Below, in pieces: positions 1 through 64,000 of a DNA stretch of 64,000 bases (its first letter is position 1; every line of letters starts with the position of its first letter). The notes beneath the pieces are model-generated. The model saw nothing but the letters and a program-made list of their open reading frames with translations, made no database searches and was not told the DNA's origin. The DNA comes from Octopus sinensis (lineage: Eukaryota). A program made the position numbers and the translations under genes. The stretch covers positions 104,470,001 to 104,534,000 of the forward strand of contig NC_043001.1 in NCBI RefSeq assembly GCF_006345805.1. The letters are read 5' to 3'.

Positions 1-329
1 CCCTCCATAAATGCACGGCATGTTATAAATGCAGTTTTAATGTTCCAAATGAAACAATGCAGATGGAGAAGTATAAAAAAACATTTTCATCTCAAAAGAT
101 GAAGTTAATAATCTGAAAAATTCATAATCACATCTGCAATAACCCATTTCAGGTATTTACAAGAGTGTAATAGGTGCTTTTGCAAGCCACCAGAACGGCT
201 GCCATTTATGCAACACTGGAGTGCATTTATGTGCCAATTTGCATGATACCGGTGTTTGCCACGACTGTGATTTTTCTCGGATTGCTCAAACACAACATAA
301 GGCCAAAGGTCTTGGACATACCTTTATCT

Positions 330-605
330 GATCAGGATAAAATATTGTGATTGACTTGAGGTGCATGTAGGGCCAAGAACTAACCTCACAGAGTCTGAAG
401 TCATAGAAGTGATTAAAGCACTCAAACGTTGCAAGACAGAAGAAATGGGTGAAATTTCACCTGAGATGTTAAGAAAATTAAAAAGAGAAGGTATTCTCAG
501 GTTGATTTGTGTATAACAGGTGGCATGGACTTCTGAAAGGACACCAAAACAATGGCAATTTGGGGTGATGATCCCAATTTTTAAAAAAGGGAGAGAAAAT
601 TGAAG
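330..605 (+). mobile_element. RTE-clade LINE relic (region upstream of the RT core)
   Basis: Translates EVIEVIKALKRCK..EISPEMLRKL..AWTSERTPKQWQFGVMIPIFKKG, typical of non-LTR ORF2; sister copies at about 44050-44330 and 58960-59240. Confidence 0.75.
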
Positions 606-814
606 GAAACAAATGTTTGGACTAGGAATTCCTTGCTTTGTATATGTATTATTCCTTGTTTCTGTTCTGGGTTGATATAAAAACTATGAAAGTTACATGA
701 CTAGGAATTATTCAAATTGAAATAGTAGTAGTAGTAGTAGTAGTAGTAGTAATAGTAGGCATGGTGGTGCAGCATCTGTGTTGGCTGTACAGACCCACAT
801 GGGAGTGGTAGTCA

Positions 815-1010
815 CAGTGAAGATACCCAGCATATACATCTTGCTGCAGCAGCATCATTTGCTCTGGCTCGGTCATTTTCATTGCATGCCAGACGGAATG
901 ATCCCAAAAGACTTGCTGCATGGGTAATTGGCTTCCGGCACAACAGCACAGGGACAAGCTCATCTTCATTTCAAAGATGTCTGTAAGAGAGATATGAAGT
1001 CACTTGATCT
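815..1010 (+). mobile_element. RTE-BovB-like LINE C-terminal fragment
   Basis: IPSIYILLQQHHLLWLGHFHCMPDGMIPKDLLHG*LASG..HLHFKDVCKRDMKSL resembles the RTE ORF2 C-terminus. Confidence 0.7.
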
Positions 1011-1094
1011 GAAAGTGAAATACTGAATATAAATATATTCAGTTATTTCTCACTTAAATATTATCATAGGTTCTCTTATTATTTTCTATATTAA

Positions 1095-1430
1095 CATCAT
1101 CATCATTATCACTTAACATCTGTTGTCCAAGGTGGCAAGGGTTGGTTGCTTTGACCAGAGATGGTAAGGTGAGGGGCTGTACCAGGCTCCAGTCTGATTT
1201 GGTATCGTTTCTATGCTTGGATGCCCTTCCTAACACCAACCACTCCAAGAATGTAATGGGTACCTTTATGTGCCACCTGCATGAGTGCCAGTTGTATGAC
1301 ACTAATATCTGCCACAACTACAATGCCATTTGGCTTGATGGGTCTTCTTCTCAAGCACAGCATATTATCAAAAGTCTCAGTCATAGTTCATTGCCTCCAT
1401 GAGGCCTGATGCTCGCCATTATCATGATCA
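1095..1430 (-). mobile_element. RTE LINE 3'-end relic with (CAT)n tail
   Basis: Shares the ccaggctccagtctgat...ggatgcccttcctaac 3'UTR core with the long RTE copies; duplicated at about 59405-59750. Confidence 0.7.
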
Positions 1431-2639
1431 TGATATTGACAATCATCATCATCATTTAACATCTGCCTTCCATGCTGGTATGGGAGAGACAGTTTAACAA
1501 GGACTGGCCAGGCTGAAGCCTGCACCAGACTTCTGTGTCTGTGTTGGCAAGGTTTTATAGCTGGATGCCCTTCTGAAGTTCACCCTAACAGAGTGATTTT
1601 TACATGATATAAGCTTAGGTGAGGTCAATTTTGCAAGAGTTTTACAGCTGGATCCCCTTCCAAATGCCAACCACTTTACAGTGTGAACTGGGTGCTTTTT
1701 AAGTGGCACCTGCCCTGACAAGGTCACCAAGTAAGTTGCAATACAAAACAATCTTTTGAGAAGGAAGGAAGCATTGGAGGAGATGATCTTGTGTCAGATG
1801 ATGAAAGGTTATAGTAAACCAGAGGAGGGACAAGGTTAGCCAGCAGGAGGATGGAGGGGGCTGGAAATTAGGAATGAAGACAGAAACAGGAGTGCTACTG
1901 TAAAGGAGATACATGGTTACTGAACCTGAGGGGGCATTGCAGGAGGTGATCTTGTGTCAGATGATGAAAGGTTATAGTGAGACAGAAATAGTTGTCTTAC
2001 TGTAGAGAAAGTACAAGGTTACCTGGCTAGGGAGAGAGAGAGAGATCAGGAAGAAAATCAGAAAAAGGTGTGCTTCCACAAAGGAAATGCATGGTTACCA
2101 AAACTGAGGGAAGTGTAGGAGAAGGAAAGAGAGGGGGAGAGAGAGAGAGGGAGAGTGGGAGAGAGAGATGGTGGCAAAGTGCTGGCCATGCTCACAAGTG
2201 AAGGGGATCATAATATAAATAGGGTGATTGAGTAAAGACAGAAAGTGCCATAGATGGTGGTAAGTACCAGGGTATATTTTACGTGGCAGGATATTGCCAA
2301 AGAAAGGTGATTAGAGAGTGGGGAGGGGAAGTGACAGATGAAAACTTGTGTATATATAGAATGTGGAGGGGGTACCAGATAGCAATGATACAGAGAAACA
2401 GGGCTGTGAGGACAGGACTGGGGAGAGAGAGGTAAGCATAGTGCACAAAAGAGGATACGTGAGGAAGAGATGTGAAGATGTAGATTGCTTTATTGGGGTA
2501 TGGTGTGTGAAAAGCTTTATTGTTACATGTAGGTGGAGCACAGAGGTCAGGGGCTAGCAGGTAGCAATGATACAGTGAGAAAGGAGGGAATGCAAGGATG
2601 GGTAGAGATGTAGTATGGAGTGTAGGGGTAGGGTAGAAC

Positions 2640-3165
2640 TCAGTGTCATTAACACAGGCAAGTCTTCTCAAGAAATTCATATCACCAGACAGCTTGGTCC
2701 ATTGTCATTTACTTTGTGAGGCCCAACATCCTCAAATCAGTACTTGTCACTTTATACCATCCCTTCCACCATTACCCTCTACTACAGGTACCATCCAATT
2801 TCAATGGTCAGCACACCTTTATTCAGCTATCATTATTCACACTCATCACATGCCAAAACCAATTTAGTCTTCTCTATTTTATGCTACATTTGGTTCTACT
2901 TATCACCAACATTTCTCTCAACACATTTGCACATTGTTTCACTTGCACACTGATGTTGCACACCCACAAAAGCATAATCCCTTCATTTCTCTCCAGTCTA
3001 TGCATGTATTTTGCATTCAGAGCCCTTGTCTCAATAACATGGAGTATAACCATTCACACACATGCATCATACAACCTACCTTTCACTCTGAGAGAAAGTC
3101 CTTTTATTGCAAAGAGAGGTAATAGCTCTCTCAACTTTCTCCATCCTATTCTTATTCTAGAATAG
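2640..3165 (-). mobile_element. Decayed RTE LINE fragment (RT C-terminal region)
   Basis: Antisense similarity to 7050-7450; near-identical duplicate at 14060-14583. Confidence 0.65.
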
Positions 3166-3167
3166 TT

Positions 3168-3378
3168 TCAAATTCTGGCACAAGGCCAGCAACTTCAGGA
3201 GAGGGCTAAGTCAATTATATTCTACCCACTGCCCAATTTTTACTTATTCTATCAAACTTGAAAGGATGCAAGGCAAATGTCAACCTCAAAAGAATTTGAA
3301 TTCAGAATGTAAAAATGGACAAAATGCCACTAAGCATTATACCTGTTCTACTGACAACTCTGCCAGTTCACCACCTTA
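3168..3378 (-). mobile_element. SINE, second family (tcaaattctggcacaaggcc...caccacctta)
   Basis: Dispersed copies at about 14586-14795, 39285-39458, 53865-54040 and 61930-62140. Confidence 0.65.
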
Positions 3379-4315
3379 TCAACACGGTGTCCAGTCAATT
3401 CATAAACAGCAATTTGTCATCATTTAATTTGTCCCCACTTAATTCGTCATTGGTCAATTCATAGGGACCATAGCAAAAATGGAAGAATGAATATCTAAAT
3501 TAAAAAACGTTTATTTTTAGGTTTGCTGGACTACCCCCACCCCCACTTTTTTTCCCTTGCAATTTAAGATTGTGTGCAATTGCTTTTAGAAAAATAACTT
3601 TTTAGCTTGGATCATATTCTTTGATGACAGTTTTTTTGATGACACATGTTCATATCTCTGTATCTTTACTTTTGGTTTGGTTCTTCTATTTGCATAAACT
3701 TCTGCAATTTGGTACTGGCAAACCTTTCCTCACATTTAATCATATCATTAAGTTTCCAAATATTTAGATTGTGAATATTCAATGTTTTTCAGCGTGCTGT
3801 GGTAGGCTTCTGATCTATTTTTAGTATGAGCAATCCCCGTCATACATCAATTCCAAACATTCCATATAGGTAATGGAAATGGAGTTTGAAGGTGTCACAT
3901 CCTCTGTCCTCAGGTGGTCCTATATAATTATTTTCAAAATACGATATAAATGACTGTGGAATATCACCATCATCTACAACATCATCAACTGGCGTTAAAG
4001 CAAGGGTAACAAAACACCACATTTTGGGACTAAAACTGTCATCGTGATATCTGCATTTTAGTCCTTCTTGCACAACATGCTTGTACACATTTTGTCCTAA
4101 ATGAAACAAGCAGCATGCCAAATTTGACCCAGGAAAAAATTCTATAAATCTGTTGTGAGTTGCTTTCTTAAAATCTATAATTATATTATCAGGTCCCTCA
4201 TTCTGAAGTAATTCATTCATTTTGACAAAAAGTCTACAATATGTGTATTGACTATCGTCAGACAGCAATGCAAACAATCGTGGAGTATTAAAATGATCGA
4301 TTTGAATGTGAAGTG

Positions 4316-4640
4316 ACTGTGTGGTAAGAAGCTTGCTTCCCACCACATGGTTCCAGGTTCAGTCCCACTGCGTGGCACCATGGGCAAGTGTTTTCTATTG
4401 TAGCCTCAGGCCAACCAAAGCCTTATGAGTGGATTTGGTAGACATTGTTATGCATGTGTTTATTGTTTGTGTCTGTGTTTGTCTCACCAACCTTGCTTGA
4501 CAACCGATGTTGGTGTGTTTACGCCCACATCACTTAGCAGTTTGGCAAAAGAGACCGATAGAATAAGCACTAGGCTTATTAAGAATAAGTCCTGGGTTGA
4601 TTTATTTGCCTAAAAGGGGTGCTCCAGCATCGCCACAGTA
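4316..4640 (+). mobile_element. tRNA-derived SINE nested in the MULE
   Basis: gtgtggtaagaagcttgcttcccaccacatggttccaggttcagtcccactg head and gagaccgatagaataag core, the same family as 26206/33510. Confidence 0.75.
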
Positions 4641-4734
4641 CTTGTGCTGTTTTAATTGTCGAAGTACTTCATCACTTGCAAATATTGGTATTCATTTTGA
4701 ATCTTCCATTCTGCCGTCATATTATAAAAACGTT

Positions 4735-4897
4735 TTACACTCACGGAATGGTTGGCATTAGGAAGGGCATCCAGCCGTAGAAACACTGCCAGATCAGACT
4801 GGGCCTGATGCAGCCTTCTGGCTTCCCAGACCCCAGTTGAACCGTCCAACCCATGCTAGCATGGAAAGCGGACGCTAAATGATGATGATGATGATGT
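4735..4897 (+). mobile_element. RTE 3'-end short insertion with (GAT)n tail, nested in the MULE
   Basis: Near-identical to 7840-7990 and antisense to 26911-27070. Confidence 0.75.
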
Positions 4898-5411
4898 TTC
4901 ATCGTCAAGGTAGGATTATTCACTTGGAATGGAAAACCCAACATTTGTAAGTGGGGTGGCAGGATAGATGGAATTAGCTTGCCTTCAAAGTCTAATACTC
5001 CTATTAAGCTGTGCAAACGGAGGTATTTGCAACAATGTACAGTCATTTAAATTCTGAATTTCACTAACGATAATTGAGTGAGGGGCATCATGAGAGGAAA
5101 TAGACTTCACTTTAATATTTCAAACTATTATCCTTGCATTTACTTCTGCAACAGTTGAAGCATGATTATAGATCCCAATTGTCTAAAGGTCTGTATGAAG
5201 TCTTGCCTTGCACACATGACTTTTGCATCTTCAGTATATCAACAATTCATTTGCATACTGCTTATTTTTTGAATAAATATAACTTTCTTGATCGACCATT
5301 TTGATTTTGCTTTTCTCTGAAGTTATGATCTTGCAGGTAGTCATATTGATGGGTAGGCATATTGAATAAATTTAATTAACTTTGCTTGAAAATCTTTGTT
5401 TGTTAATTGTT

Positions 5412-5447
<36 letters not shown>

Positions 5448-5755
5448 GAGAGGTAGGGGTTAAAGAAAGGAAAAAATATCTAACACAGACCAATGACAAT
5501 TTTAATTCTAATGATTGCCCTAAACTTTTCCTCGAAAATCAAATTTAAGGGTATTTTGGGATAATTGGCCAGTAATGAACTGACCTGAGGAGGTGTTCAT
5601 CAACAACGAATTGAGCAGGGATAAATTAACCAACAACAAATTGTCCTGGCACCATGTATATATATTATTATATTGTGATCATACTTATACCCGATGATCT
5701 CCTCATTTCAATAAGGTAAAAATCCAACTTAAATAAATTTAATAAAAATACTTAC

Positions 5756-63731
<57,976 letters not shown>

Positions 63732-64000
63732 CTGCAAAAGAAACAAACACATGTTCATCACATCATCACAATCATCATCATTACTTCTACATCAATTCAC
63801 AAAAGGAACCATTGCAGAACTGTTATTTTATGTTTGTACATTTTATTATTTAAATCTAAATCTAGAATTCATTTGAATAGGTTTAATCTCTGATTATCAC
63901 CAGGCATCATATTTGTGGATGTCAGTACAGTATGAAACTGGAATGTATTTAGCTTCCAAAAGATTTCTCTGTCAGAAAAAGCAGCCATGGTGAGTTGATG

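Larger units (their letters stand above)
3386..5653 (-). mobile_element. Mutator-like (MULE) DNA transposon relic with degenerate TIRs, interrupted by a SINE and an RTE 3' end
   Basis: ORF 3840-4346 has IIIDFKKATHN..FP..LACCLFHLGQNVYK..ALTPVDDV..FISYFENNYIG (MULE DDE region), and 4660-4730 gives IFASDEVLRQL. Ends 3386-3460 and about 5580-5653 are imperfect inverted repeats (caatttgt..taattt.tccc..aattcg). Absent from sister introns at 45060 and 62340. Confidence 0.8.

Overview
AT-rich, repeat-dense eukaryotic DNA. The SINE and RTE-LINE families look like those of octopus/coleoid cephalopods (recognised from memory, not searched). None of the long ORFs supplied is a host gene; they are TE relics, microsatellite readings or intron. 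The real content is a minus-strand gene running off both edges, built from 18 strictly alternating micro-exons: nine 34-nt 'b' exons (phase 2->0) and nine 56-65-nt 'a' exons (phase 0->2), all with canonical AG/GT, about 857 coding nt over about 58 kb. Spliced in order they encode a 30-33-aa amphipathic repeat, K-x-[LIY]-A-x-x-[HY]-F-x5-Y-x-x-[FL]-x-x-x-[LV]-...-[IF]-D-x-x-x-A. It comes in two alternating subtypes (A/B) duplicated as a 4-exon module, whose spacing resembles a paired-amphipathic-helix (PAH)-like unit. Exons have diverged several-fold more than their flanking introns, mostly by replacement changes and in-frame indels, which suggests diversifying selection. One exon is 1 nt short. 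The introns carry RTE LINEs, SINEs, MULE, mariner, hAT and Gypsy relics, two non-autonomous Helitrons, and a Penelope-like inverted-repeat element with two hammerhead-ribozyme motifs.
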